From: an uncultured bacterium
GTDB taxonomy: Bacteria > Omnitrophota > Omnitrophia > Omnitrophales > Aquincolibacteriaceae
Direction of reading: 5' to 3'
DNA length: 62,965 nt
NCBI GenBank assembly: GCA_964385615.1
Contig: CAYLPP010000001.1
Coordinates: 38,220-101,184, forward strand
The number at the start of each line of letters is the position of its first letter. The first letter of the stretch is position 1. Below the pieces are notes generated by a model. That model was not told where the DNA came from. It searched no databases and was given only the letters and a program-made list of their open reading frames with translations. Below are positions 24,603 through 34,067 of the stretch, one piece after another. Both the position numbers and the translations under genes were made by a program.

Positions 24603-27600
24603 GCCGACCTTCCGAACGCCTGCATGGCCTGGAATGTGCGTGTGATCACGCGTTCGATCGCGAATTTCGAAACTCTGGCGATCGGTTTCTGAGAACCTGC
24701 CACCACAATCCGTCCCCTCGCCAGCTTCACGGCGCTGATCAACGCGCGGTCCACATACTTCCGGGCTTTTGAAGGCACGATCTGCGGATCGACAAACTGC
24801 ATGACCGCCGGCATCTCCAGGTTTTCCTGCTTCGCCTGGTAGCTGACAAAACTTTCCAGACTGCCGAAGCGGTCGTCGCCCACCAGCGAAACTTTACGGC
24901 CTGAAGCTTTCAATTTACGGATATCCCCGCCCAATGCTTTTTTCACGGCATCCCAGTCAGAGGCTGAAGTCGAGGGATCTTTGAAGATGACCAGGCTGAC
25001 TTCGCGCGGTTGAGATTCGACGCGGACCATCAAATTTTTCATAAATTCAAGGGAGTGATCCTCCGCGCGGTAGTCAAAAATAAACTGACCCCGGGTTCCC
25101 GTGAGCACTGCCGGAAACTTGGCTGCGATTCCCGTAGTTTCGGCGAAATTATCCAGCGCGCCCAGGAGATCGGCTCCCGCGCTTTCCGCCTGGAGAATCG
25201 TTTGAAGCATCATGTCTTGTTTGGCTTGAAGCGCCTGCCCGAGCTCCGTCCGCTGAAGGCGCAATTCAGATCTTGTCCGCTTGGGAATAAAAGAGAAGGA
25301 CCCCTTCATGCCCACATAGTAACGCCCTGAAGGTCCCGGCTGATAAACGTTGCGAGGTTCCGAAAGTTGGTAATCCGTGTACCCGGCATCCGTGAGCGCG
25401 TTGGTAACTATCGTCTTGATTACGGTGGAAAGTGTCGGCCCCGTGCTGCTTCCGCCGACAGGAAGTTCCCGTGTAAATTCAGGCTGAACTTCAGCGCGCA
25501 CCCGAAGCTCGCTCAATTTCCCGTTTTTAACCGCGTCCGCATTTTCCAAAATGATACCGCCAGGCGTCCAAAGCCCGCCGGTTCTCTTCGAAGGATTCCG
25601 GATAACCGGCCATTTAATCATGCTGGAAACCGCGGACTCAAATTCACCCGCCAAATCTTTAAGGAAAATATTTTTCCCTTCGCGGTTAACCGCTCTTAAA
25701 ACCGCGAGAACCGCCAGGCTTTGCTCAATTTCCATTTCGTAAGCGATCAAGTGAACCGCGACCTCCCGTGAAGGGCCCGCGTCTTGACGAAGGTACGCCA
25801 AGGTCACTAACCGCACGTACGCGTTGACCAGCCTGCGCTGGAGCTTTTCTTTTTCATCGCCGGCGCCGGCATTTTTTAAATTCCGTTTCAGCGCTTCCAC
25901 TTTTCTCCGAAGCGCGGCTTCAGTGGCTTTTGCCGACAGGCTTTGAAATTCCGCATCCTTCAGTTTTTCAAAAAGAGTTTTCAGCGACTGACTCTGATCT
26001 CTCAATTCGGAGCGCGGAGCCGCGTCGTCATCTCCGAACAGATCTTTTAAAAGATCCGCGGCCTCTGAAATAGCTTCCGGCGTTTCAGCTTCCGGATCAT
26101 TGTTGATTCCCAGAGAATTCAAATCCAGAGCCCCTGTGGGAACATCCTCGACAAGATCGCGGGATAATTCGCCCCCGTCCACAACCAGCGCTTCTTCCAA
26201 CGGCTCCTCAGAAAGACCGCGGGGAATCAAAGGGTCATGCGATTCTCCGTCATAAGATGGAGTGTCGCCAAGCGCGTCCGCGACAAGTGAAGGCGTCACC
26301 CCGGAGTTTCCGTCCACAGAACCCAGACGCAATTTCGAAACTTCCGCATCGGCCTCACCAAAAGAAGCCGCGGGCCTCAAAACTTTAGGAAGCTTTTGAA
26401 GATACGGAACAATGGCGTCCGCTCCATAAGGCTGTGCCGTCGTGTGCACCCCGGTTCCTCCGTGAGTCCGGTACCACACCCAGGCCACCACATAACTCCA
26501 GGGCCGGTACCAAACAGGCGTCGCGGCCGCGCGGGCAATGTGACTGGTTAAAACAAATCCGGCCAAAAGCTGTTTGAACGCGTCAACCGTGTCGCCGTAA
26601 ATTTCCTGAACAATCATGCGTTTCGACATATTTTCGGGAATGTGCGTGTCCGCGTCGGCCACAATATGCTTGTAGGCGCCTTTGGCCACACCCGGCGGAT
26701 TGGGATTACTGCTGATATGAAGAATGTAAGCGCCCGCCAGCGGGATTCCGAATAAATGCGAAAACGGAAAGAAAATCGAAAGAATGGTTTTGATCTGCCT
26801 GCCGATCATCACGACCGCGCTTTCCGTGTTTTCCTGAGCGGGCACACGGCCGTCACGGTTTAAGAGAATGATCCAGGTGGAACGGTCGCCGGAATGTTCA
26901 TCCAGCGCGCGGTAACTGTCGGTCGCGTGAACCGTCACGCCGTTGATGCCGTAGGCCTGGTTGAACATTTTGCGCATGGCAATCGCGAGCAGGTTGGCGA
27001 CATCACCGTTTTTGGAAACGATAATAATTTTCTTAATCCCCATCCGGTCCTGAACGGAGCGTTTATTGCCGTCAATCTGCTTGATCAGAAGCCTCCGAAG
27101 CAGGGGCAATACAGGCCCGGCCAGATGAATATAAAGAAGCGCGTCCATGACCCCGGGAATAAACAAAATTCCGGTAATAACCGCGACCAGGGTGGTCGTG
27201 CGGGCAAAGACTTTAGCGGCAAACCGTTTGGAAACGGGATGCTTGGAAGAAACCATCGCGATCACTTTTCGAACGAGGTAAAAAATCAGCGCGGCGCCGT
27301 AAAAAAACGCGGCAATTCCGGCCAGGACATACCAAGCTCCAAATTGCGCGGCCAGCGGAAAAAGCAAATGATTCAATGCCGTAAAAAGGGGCGAAATCGC
27401 GACACCCGCGGACGGCAGGGCTACCGTAATAAAAATGTAAGCGGCCGCAAGCACCCAAACATCGACAGACTCGTTAATGCGCCGGCCCATGGAAAGGCCT
27501 TCTTCCGCGAGGTTTTTAGCATCCGGAACATCCGTGTCTCCCAATTTGCCTTTTTGAGTGAACCCTGTAATGTTAGGAATACTGGAAGTTAAAAATTCGT

Positions 27601-30600
27601 CGCGGTGCCGTTCGATTTCTTTCAAATCGTCGGCCTCATACCGGCGGTCAAACAAACGCTCACCGGGAAATTTCTCGACAGCCGCACGAGTCAGATAAAG
27701 TCCCATCTCCAAAAAGGTGAGCCGTGTCGCGGCAGTCGCGGCCACGTGAACTTCAGCCGGGCTCCATCCGCTTCGGATCAGAAAAGTACGGCGGGGGCCG
27801 ACATCGTCAGCCATCGGACTGTTAATATCCGCGGTAATGACAAACACTTCGGGAATCATGCGCACAAGCAAAGTCGTGCTGACGGCGGAAGGAAAAGTCT
27901 GGCCTGATTCTCCGCTTCCCAACGCGACCACGAAGGGGTTAATCAGTCCCAAGCGGTGCTTGAGACGTTCAATATCCATTTCAGGAAGGCGCTGACTGGC
28001 ATCTTCTTCTGAACGCGTTGCCAGCTCGGCTTCTTCAAGGATGTGGTTCGGCTCGAGCATTACAATTTCAAGGTCCGGCAGCATTTTTTTGAAAAAAATC
28101 ATCCAATCATTAAAATGCTCCTCGTTTTTCTCTTTCCCATAAAGAACGATATCGGGCCCTTTGATTTCCAGCGGAAGAACCGGTTTGAGAAAACGCTGCT
28201 GCATCCGGTAAAGATCACGTCTTTTCTGCTCTTCATCTTTCCCCGCGGCCTGATTGATAGCCGAAATCAATTCCGCGTGAGGAATTGTATCCAGCTCCTG
28301 CTCCGCGTAACGGGCCCCCTGTTCCAGAACCCCCTGGTTTTCAGACTCCAAATTGAAGTACCCCTCCAAAAGTTCGAACACGGCGCTGTTAATGCGCTCC
28401 GCTAATTCGGACGGAGGGAAATCGCCCCGAATCAGCCCGGAAGAGACCTCATACCCGGCTTTCAGCACCGCATCCATAAATTGCTTTTCAGTTAAGGAAG
28501 CGAGCACCCGTCTGCGGTAAAGCTCAGTCAAAAATTTTTCAGCGGTCAGAAGCTCTTCCGTGTAATTCACTCCGTCATCTTCGCCGATAATCTCACGGGC
28601 TTTGGAAGCCGCCCATTGTTTCAAAACTGGTTTCAGGTAACTGCGTTCGAGCGCCTGGCGGACCCCGTTAAGAATACGCTTCCCGACCGGATTGCGAAAA
28701 AGCACGGACGCAAACTCCTGAGCAACGTGCGGGTTGTGGGGCTTGGGAACTTCCCGTGTCGGAGTCCCCTCCCATTCTTTTTGAACCACTTCCAGATAGC
28801 GCGGTAATTTGCGGTGTTCCGCTTCGATCGGATCTCTCTTCTCTTCGGCTGAAAGCGGAATAAAAGGCGTTACATCCTTGATACGTCCTCTTTCCATCAG
28901 TTGTTGAAGATTCAATTCTTCGCCGGTGGAAAGCGAATAAACCCGGATACTGATAACGCCATTTTCATAACTGACCTCCGCGACTTCACCCAGAGGATCC
29001 AGTTTGAGAATGTGCTGATACCCCTCGACCCGGGCCGCGTTTCTTTCTGAAAATGACCCAACCTGCAGAAGGCCGTCTTTAACGCCGAAACCGATATAAA
29101 TCGGTGAAATCAGCGAAACCGCGACCAGTTTATTCACGGAGCTCGGAGAATACGCGTTAATACCGGCTGAACCGCGGAAATTGATCATGATACTTTTCCA
29201 GACATTGTAAGAATCATTTTTAAAGAAAGCTTCCACCGCGGTCCGGATGAATCTCTCCGTTTTTTGAGGACCCCAGCCATTAAAAAGCCTGATGGCAAGC
29301 GGCTGCGCCGCCTCCGCCGTATGGATTTCAGCCAGAAAAAGTTTCTGAAGGCCTTGAATCGTCTTAGCGTCCACTTTGGCCAAGTCGGGAAAGCGCGAAA
29401 GAATTTCGACCCCCCCGTGTTTTTGAAAAGCCGTTTCGAGGAATTTTGAAAGCGCCTGCTCTTCCGCGGGTGTTAGACTGGTGTCAGGCGCCGTAAGTTC
29501 GGCTTCCGCGCTTTCAGGAATTTTTCCGCCGAAATATTCCTTAAAATCCTCAACCACAGCTTCATCGTAAGCCAGACGCGGAACTTTTTTCCAATCCCCC
29601 TGAACGAGGCGAAGATCAAATTCACCCGCGGCCTTGGGAGAATCGCCCGTCGTGTTGTTGGCTTTCTTCAGAACCCGTTTCAGCCTCCAGCCCACCAGGT
29701 CGTTGCTATAGCGCTTTCCTTTGTGGACGAGATAATCGAAATCGCCATTGTGCGTGATCGCGTTGATCCCAAGCCACTGGTGCGGATGGGCGCCGGCTTC
29801 GATTTCTTCGACATAGGTATCTTTTTCAAGCGCTCCGCCGGTCGGCCAGCGAAGGTGCACGCCGATCATTAGCCGGGAGGGATACCCTACCGAAGAAACC
29901 GCGGCGCGGACCTTTTTGGAAAAATCCAGAAACGCGTCAAGTGCCTGCTGGCGTTTCCAGATGATATATTTTTCAAGAAGCACTTTTTTTCTGCCGTTCG
30001 ACCCTTCCACGACCGCGTAAAAACCCATGGAAATTTTCCCGCGGACTTCGGTAATCATAATGCTCTGACCCAGACGGCTGAGATACGCTTCCATATCTTT
30101 TGAATTTTTCATTTCCCCCTGAATACTGGCGTTACCGCAGCGCAATTCGGAACGTGAAGCCGGTTTCGGCATTTTCTCGGAACCAATCACGGTACTGCTG
30201 TCCTTCCCGCTGATCCGCCGATAAAGCTTAAGCCCAAGCGCTTGAGCTCCCGCTTTAGAAAAGCCGGACAAACCGCTTTTCATTCTAGCCGTGAGTTTGC
30301 GAAGCATCTCCAGCGCGCGGGCAGGTGAAAGCAAAACGCTTAAAATAAAAGTTTCCCCCAGAAATTCAGAACGGTAAACTGCTTCGGGTTTTTCCTGATC
30401 CGGCTGGCCGACTTCCGTCAGGGCTTCATCCCTCGCGGGTTCAATACGGATTTGCATGACTGGTTTTTCCTGGTTTTCCGGGCGCAGTGAAAAAACCGGC
30501 TCATCTTTTTCCGGCGTCACATAAATGGTGGCGTAAGGCGGAAGCTTCACCCCGACGGCTTCAAACATAGTGCTGACAGGCACGCGCTGGCCTTCCGCGT

Positions 30601-32932
30601 TTCTAGCGTTATGCAGAAGGTTATCCAAACGGTTCAGCTCAGGTGTGTAAGCGCGGAGATTCCAGGTCATATTGGTTTTTCCAGTCGCCCGGACTTCAGT
30701 GACCAGTTTCTGGGGATCCTTAATCCGAAGAACGAAATTCTTACGGCCCTGCGGAGTTTCAAAAACCATATGGTAAACACGCTGAGTGCTGACCTGCCCG
30801 GGTTCCAGTTTTCCGGTTTTCGTTCCGTCTTCGAGCACGTGATGCGCCCGGATAAAAAACCGGTTCGCGAACGTGATTCCTTCGTTTTTTAGCGCGTCAA
30901 AAATCTGCGCGCGAAACTTATCAACCGCTGATCCCATGAGAAAAAGCAAATCATCGTCCGGCGTTCTTTCAGGGCTATAGATCATTTTTGAAAAATCAGA
31001 AATCCTGGGAAGATTGCCGGCCGTTTCAGCCGTTCTCGCTTCAGAGCGGGCCGTGGACAGACTTCCCGTCTTTTCCCGGCGCGCGTTCAGTTTCGTCTCC
31101 AGCATGGCGCGGTCATCAGGATCCGCGAGACCGATTTCAACGGAAATCCCGTCACTCATGAGCGCGCGGGCTTCGGCGCGAAGAACCAGATTCCGGTCGC
31201 GTTTTTTCTCCGCGTGCCAATAGCCTTTAATGGAGATCTGAGCCGTACCGAGGGGCTGGGTCATCAGCACCCCCGTATTTCCGTCCAGATAATAGAAGCC
31301 GGGATTGCTCACGGCTGAAAAAAGAGGCGCGAACTGCTCTTCCCCTTTAAAACGGACATTCATCTGAATCCTGGCGGACGGAATTCTTTCACCCTCAAGA
31401 CGCAGAGCGTTGACCGCGTTTAAAACCGCGCCGCTAAGCGCCAGACCCAAACGGCGGTTTTGAACTAATTCTCTAAAATCAAAATTCGTAACGGCTCCAG
31501 CCGGAATTTTCGCGAGATCATCCACAGTCGGGAAACCGGAAGGCGGATTCAGCTGAAACCGGGGATCCTGAACCGGAGACTTCAGCAGAACTGTCATCGG
31601 CGCTCCGTCAATCGCCATCGCTTTGTAATATTTTTCGCGGTCTTCGGCTTCGTCAATTTTATTGCCCGCCGCGGGCATAATGACGATGTAGGAATAACCG
31701 CTTTTCTGCAGAGCTTTCTCAATGCCGGGCGTATGAAACCCGCCGGTAATTAAAACCGACTGATTTTGTCCGCGGTCCTTCATATCTTTCATAGCGTTTT
31801 CAACAAGCGCCTGATCACGTTTCAGCGCGAGAGAATAGAAATTTTCCATCAGCGGAAGGTCGCGGTCGAGAAAAGAAAGGTCCGGAAGAACTTCGCTGAA
31901 ACCATACTGCCTAAGCATTCCGCTCAGCTCGGCTTTAAAGGGGCGGGCTTTAAAAGAACCCGGGTGATTGTAAAAAAACTCCGCGTCTTCTTTGGTCCAG
32001 GCCAGCTGAAAAAGTTTTTCATAAATACTAAGAACCCGGAAAAGACCGTCAAGCTTACGGGCCTCTTCAGTGATTAAAAGTTTTTCGCGAAGTTTTTCCT
32101 CGGCTCCGCTCATTTCATCAAAAATATCCAGCCCCAGCGAAGCCGTCATGCGCTCAGCTTTCTTACCGCTTTCCTTAGCTTCAGACAAAGCCGCGAGATT
32201 CCGGATTTGCGGATAATCCCCTTCAACGCCGTTCTGGTCCAGCAAGTCGCGCAAAAACCGCACGTAAGAAGCAAAACCATGCCCATCTTCCCGGAAACCC
32301 CGCTCCATCTGGCGGAGCTTGCGGTAATTATCGGGAAACATAAATCTGGAAACGTCGTCCATTTTTGTGCGAACCTGAATTAGAATCGGTAGATCCCGTT
32401 TCTGAATTTCAAGCGTGCGCATGAAAATATCGCGGTTGGATTGGTAAAGCCCCCTGTCTTCAACCCCATGAAGCACCAGATCGGGAGAACCGGTCAACGC
32501 TTCGTATTCCGGACCGGTGATCAAGCCTTCGCGGAGAAAATAATCAGCGGTCAGCGCGCGGGCTTCTTTATTAGGGTGAGAAGAAACAAATTGATGCCAA
32601 ATCTCCCCCGTTGAGCCTTCCGTGTGAACCAGTCCGATACCGTGCCGGCTTTTGAGATATCCCAAAATCCCGGCGATATGCTGTTGAATTTCAAGATTTG
32701 AGTGCGCGTCCTGAATATGAACGACCAGCCCGCGCCCATTCCCCTGGTGAAACGATTTTATTTTCCCCAAATTTCCCGGCAGGTCTTTTTGAATTAATGA
32801 AGATGCGTCAGACGGCGAGCTGAGGGGGAAATTCAGCTCAGCCGCCTGCGCATTTTGAGTCACAAGAAAACAAATCAAAACCAGACCTCCGATCACCCGG
32901 AATCCCAGCTTGTTCTTTTTAATGTGACTCAT
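24599..32932 (-). CDS. Giant 2,777-aa signal-anchored multidomain protein with an expanded, TM-interrupted GlmS-like core (class-II amidotransferase + two SIS-like halves)
   Basis: Uninterrupted ORF with a GGGGGA RBS 7 nt upstream. N-terminal hydrophobic signal. GlmS-like motifs at aa ~932-2170 (see findings). About 4-5 hydrophobic helices at aa ~1824-1945 and ~2050-2073. Confidence 0.85.
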   Translation of the reverse strand: MSHIKKNKLGFRVIGGLVLICFLVTQNAQAAELNFPLSSPSDASSLIQKDLPGNLGKIKSFHQGNGRGLVVHIQDAHSNLEIQQHIAGILGYLKSRHGIGLVHTEGSTGEIWHQFVSSHPNKEARALTADYFLREGLITGPEYEALTGSPDLVLHGVEDRGLYQSNRDIFMRTLEIQKRDLPILIQVRTKMDDVSRFMFPDNYRKLRQMERGFREDGHGFASYVRFLRDLLDQNGVEGDYPQIRNLAALSEAKESGKKAERMTASLGLDIFDEMSGAEEKLREKLLITEEARKLDGLFRVLSIYEKLFQLAWTKEDAEFFYNHPGSFKARPFKAELSGMLRQYGFSEVLPDLSFLDRDLPLMENFYSLALKRDQALVENAMKDMKDRGQNQSVLITGGFHTPGIEKALQKSGYSYIVIMPAAGNKIDEAEDREKYYKAMAIDGAPMTVLLKSPVQDPRFQLNPPSGFPTVDDLAKIPAGAVTNFDFRELVQNRRLGLALSGAVLNAVNALRLEGERIPSARIQMNVRFKGEEQFAPLFSAVSNPGFYYLDGNTGVLMTQPLGTAQISIKGYWHAEKKRDRNLVLRAEARALMSDGISVEIGLADPDDRAMLETKLNARREKTGSLSTARSEARTAETAGNLPRISDFSKMIYSPERTPDDDLLFLMGSAVDKFRAQIFDALKNEGITFANRFFIRAHHVLEDGTKTGKLEPGQVSTQRVYHMVFETPQGRKNFVLRIKDPQKLVTEVRATGKTNMTWNLRAYTPELNRLDNLLHNARNAEGQRVPVSTMFEAVGVKLPPYATIYVTPEKDEPVFSLRPENQEKPVMQIRIEPARDEALTEVGQPDQEKPEAVYRSEFLGETFILSVLLSPARALEMLRKLTARMKSGLSGFSKAGAQALGLKLYRRISGKDSSTVIGSEKMPKPASRSELRCGNASIQGEMKNSKDMEAYLSRLGQSIMITEVRGKISMGFYAVVEGSNGRKKVLLEKYIIWKRQQALDAFLDFSKKVRAAVSSVGYPSRLMIGVHLRWPTGGALEKDTYVEEIEAGAHPHQWLGINAITHNGDFDYLVHKGKRYSNDLVGWRLKRVLKKANNTTGDSPKAAGEFDLRLVQGDWKKVPRLAYDEAVVEDFKEYFGGKIPESAEAELTAPDTSLTPAEEQALSKFLETAFQKHGGVEILSRFPDLAKVDAKTIQGLQKLFLAEIHTAEAAQPLAIRLFNGWGPQKTERFIRTAVEAFFKNDSYNVWKSIMINFRGSAGINAYSPSSVNKLVAVSLISPIYIGFGVKDGLLQVGSFSERNAARVEGYQHILKLDPLGEVAEVSYENGVISIRVYSLSTGEELNLQQLMERGRIKDVTPFIPLSAEEKRDPIEAEHRKLPRYLEVVQKEWEGTPTREVPKPHNPHVAQEFASVLFRNPVGKRILNGVRQALERSYLKPVLKQWAASKAREIIGEDDGVNYTEELLTAEKFLTELYRRRVLASLTEKQFMDAVLKAGYEVSSGLIRGDFPPSELAERINSAVFELLEGYFNLESENQGVLEQGARYAEQELDTIPHAELISAINQAAGKDEEQKRRDLYRMQQRFLKPVLPLEIKGPDIVLYGKEKNEEHFNDWMIFFKKMLPDLEIVMLEPNHILEEAELATRSEEDASQRLPEMDIERLKHRLGLINPFVVALGSGESGQTFPSAVSTTLLVRMIPEVFVITADINSPMADDVGPRRTFLIRSGWSPAEVHVAATAATRLTFLEMGLYLTRAAVEKFPGERLFDRRYEADDLKEIERHRDEFLTSSIPNITGFTQKGKLGDTDVPDAKNLAEEGLSMGRRINESVDVWVLAAAYIFITVALPSAGVAISPLFTALNHLLFPLAAQFGAWYVLAGIAAFFYGAALIFYLVRKVIAMVSSKHPVSKRFAAKVFARTTTLVAVITGILFIPGVMDALLYIHLAGPVLPLLRRLLIKQIDGNKRSVQDRMGIKKIIIVSKNGDVANLLAIAMRKMFNQAYGINGVTVHATDSYRALDEHSGDRSTWIILLNRDGRVPAQENTESAVVMIGRQIKTILSIFFPFSHLFGIPLAGAYILHISSNPNPPGVAKGAYKHIVADADTHIPENMSKRMIVQEIYGDTVDAFKQLLAGFVLTSHIARAAATPVWYRPWSYVVAWVWYRTHGGTGVHTTAQPYGADAIVPYLQKLPKVLRPAASFGEADAEVSKLRLGSVDGNSGVTPSLVADALGDTPSYDGESHDPLIPRGLSEEPLEEALVVDGGELSRDLVEDVPTGALDLNSLGINNDPEAETPEAISEAADLLKDLFGDDDAAPRSELRDQSQSLKTLFEKLKDAEFQSLSAKATEAALRRKVEALKRNLKNAGAGDEKEKLQRRLVNAYVRLVTLAYLRQDAGPSREVAVHLIAYEMEIEQSLAVLAVLRAVNREGKNIFLKDLAGEFESAVSSMIKWPVIRNPSKRTGGLWTPGGIILENADAVKNGKLSELRVRAEVQPEFTRELPVGGSSTGPTLSTVIKTIVTNALTDAGYTDYQLSEPRNVYQPGPSGRYYVGMKGSFSFIPKRTRSELRLQRTELGQALQAKQDMMLQTILQAESAGADLLGALDNFAETTGIAAKFPAVLTGTRGQFIFDYRAEDHSLEFMKNLMVRVESQPREVSLVIFKDPSTSASDWDAVKKALGGDIRKLKASGRKVSLVGDDRFGSLESFVSYQAKQENLEMPAVMQFVDPQIVPSKARKYVDRALISAVKLARGRIVVAGSQKPIARVSKFAIERVITRTFQAMQAFGRSA

Positions 32933-32984
32933 GGCAAATCCCCCTTAATTAAATAGTTTTTAAAAACCTTTACTACTTAGAACT

Positions 32985-33031
32985 AAAAAAGACGTTTAAC
33001 GCGATTATTGCCTTAATGCGTTGAACGTCTT
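32985..33031 (-). terminator. Intrinsic terminator / candidate regulated attenuator between the ANTAR gene and the giant ORF
   Basis: Minus-strand RNA reads AAGACGUUCAACGC-15 nt-GCGUUAAACGUCUU + UUUU (14-bp stem, 1 mismatch). Its 5' arm can alternatively pair in UUGAACG-AAGA-CGUUCAA (33021-33038). Confidence 0.6.
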
Positions 33032-33076
33032 CGTTCAATTCTTCGACTGCCCGGCTGCGCAGTATTTTTTTTAAAA

Positions 33077-33874
33077 CTAATTTTTGATTTCTTGCGACAA
33101 AATCACGGCCTCCGCGACCTGGCGGATAGGAATGCGCTTCTCCATACTGCGCTTTTGCAGCATCCGATGCGCTTCCGGCTCTTCGATCTTGTGCTGTTTC
33201 ATCAAAATGCCTTTGGCCCTCTCTACTTTTTTACGCGTTTCGAGTTCCTCAACAGCCGTAACCTTTTCGGTCAACAGCCGGGAATTTTCAATCGCAAGCG
33301 CGGCTTGACTGGCAACCGCCATCAAAACCTGCGTGTCTTCTTTTGAAAAATCACGCTCTGCTTCCGTGTAACAGTTTAAAACACCGATGGCCCGATTCTT
33401 CGTCATCAAAGGAACGCACACCAGCGATTTCAAATTTTCAGTCTTGGCCAGTTCTTTATATTTGTAAGCCGGCTCCAAAGTCACGTCACGCACGACCACA
33501 GGCTGTTTTTCAAGCAGTGCCCGTCCGCTCACGCTTTCACCGACTTTCACGGGAGGTTTGCGCCGGTAATCGTCGCTCAAACTCTGAGTCGCGCGAATCA
33601 CCAACTGCTGTTTTTCTTCGTCCAGTATCATGAGTGAACAAATTTTTGATCCCATAAGCTCCGCGGTCATCCCCACAATGAGAAATAAAACTTCTTCGAG
33701 GTAGCGGTCTGAAGAAATCGCCCGGCTGACGTTATAGAGCAGCTCGAAACTTTTTTTGGCCTTCTCTTCATCTTTGGCTCCTGAACTTTCCATTTTCAAT
33801 GTGACAAGCTTGTTAAAAACTACATTTTTGTCAGCTTGCCTTCTACCCTCGAAGGTTAGTGCTGCGTTGCACAC
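33077..33874 (-). CDS. GAF-ANTAR RNA-binding antitermination regulator
   Basis: GAF-like N-terminal region. C-terminal RKKVERAKGILMKQHKIEEPEAHRMLQKRSMEKRIPIRQVAEAVI is the ANTAR pattern. The start is uncertain (GTG 33874 or ATG 33793). Confidence 0.8.
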   Translation of the reverse strand: MCNAALTFEGRRQADKNVVFNKLVTLKMESSGAKDEEKAKKSFELLYNVSRAISSDRYLEEVLFLIVGMTAELMGSKICSLMILDEEKQQLVIRATQSLSDDYRRKPPVKVGESVSGRALLEKQPVVVRDVTLEPAYKYKELAKTENLKSLVCVPLMTKNRAIGVLNCYTEAERDFSKEDTQVLMAVASQAALAIENSRLLTEKVTAVEELETRKKVERAKGILMKQHKIEEPEAHRMLQKRSMEKRIPIRQVAEAVILSQEIKN

Positions 33875-34067
33875 CCCTTGTTTGGCAAATTGCGTGCCAA
33901 GGTAAAAAGTATGTCACCCCCATCCTTTTCAGACACTCAGATTAAAGCTTTTAAATTTCCCATAGCACGATTGATCTCTAGTGATCGTTTCCGGGATTCA
34001 CGCCAGAAGCTGAAAGTGATACAATCTGGACTTTTCCAACGCACTCTTTCAACGGTAAGGATGAGAC

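Noticed and set aside
33021-33063. A canonical ANTAR dual-hexaloop (A-x-x-G) RNA target.
   Set aside because: The two leader hairpins have 8-nt and 4-nt loops as drawn, so they do not fit the published consensus. The attenuator idea is kept only as a hypothesis based on the mutually exclusive pairing.
33875-33905. A sigma54-like element TGGCAAATTGCGTGC, and a TTGGCA-N7-TGCCAA palindrome, in the ANTAR/gnd divergent spacer.
   Set aside because: The -12 element is GTGC rather than TTGC. It lies ~170 nt from the gnd start, and there is no adjacent enhancer-binding protein. The evidence is insufficient.
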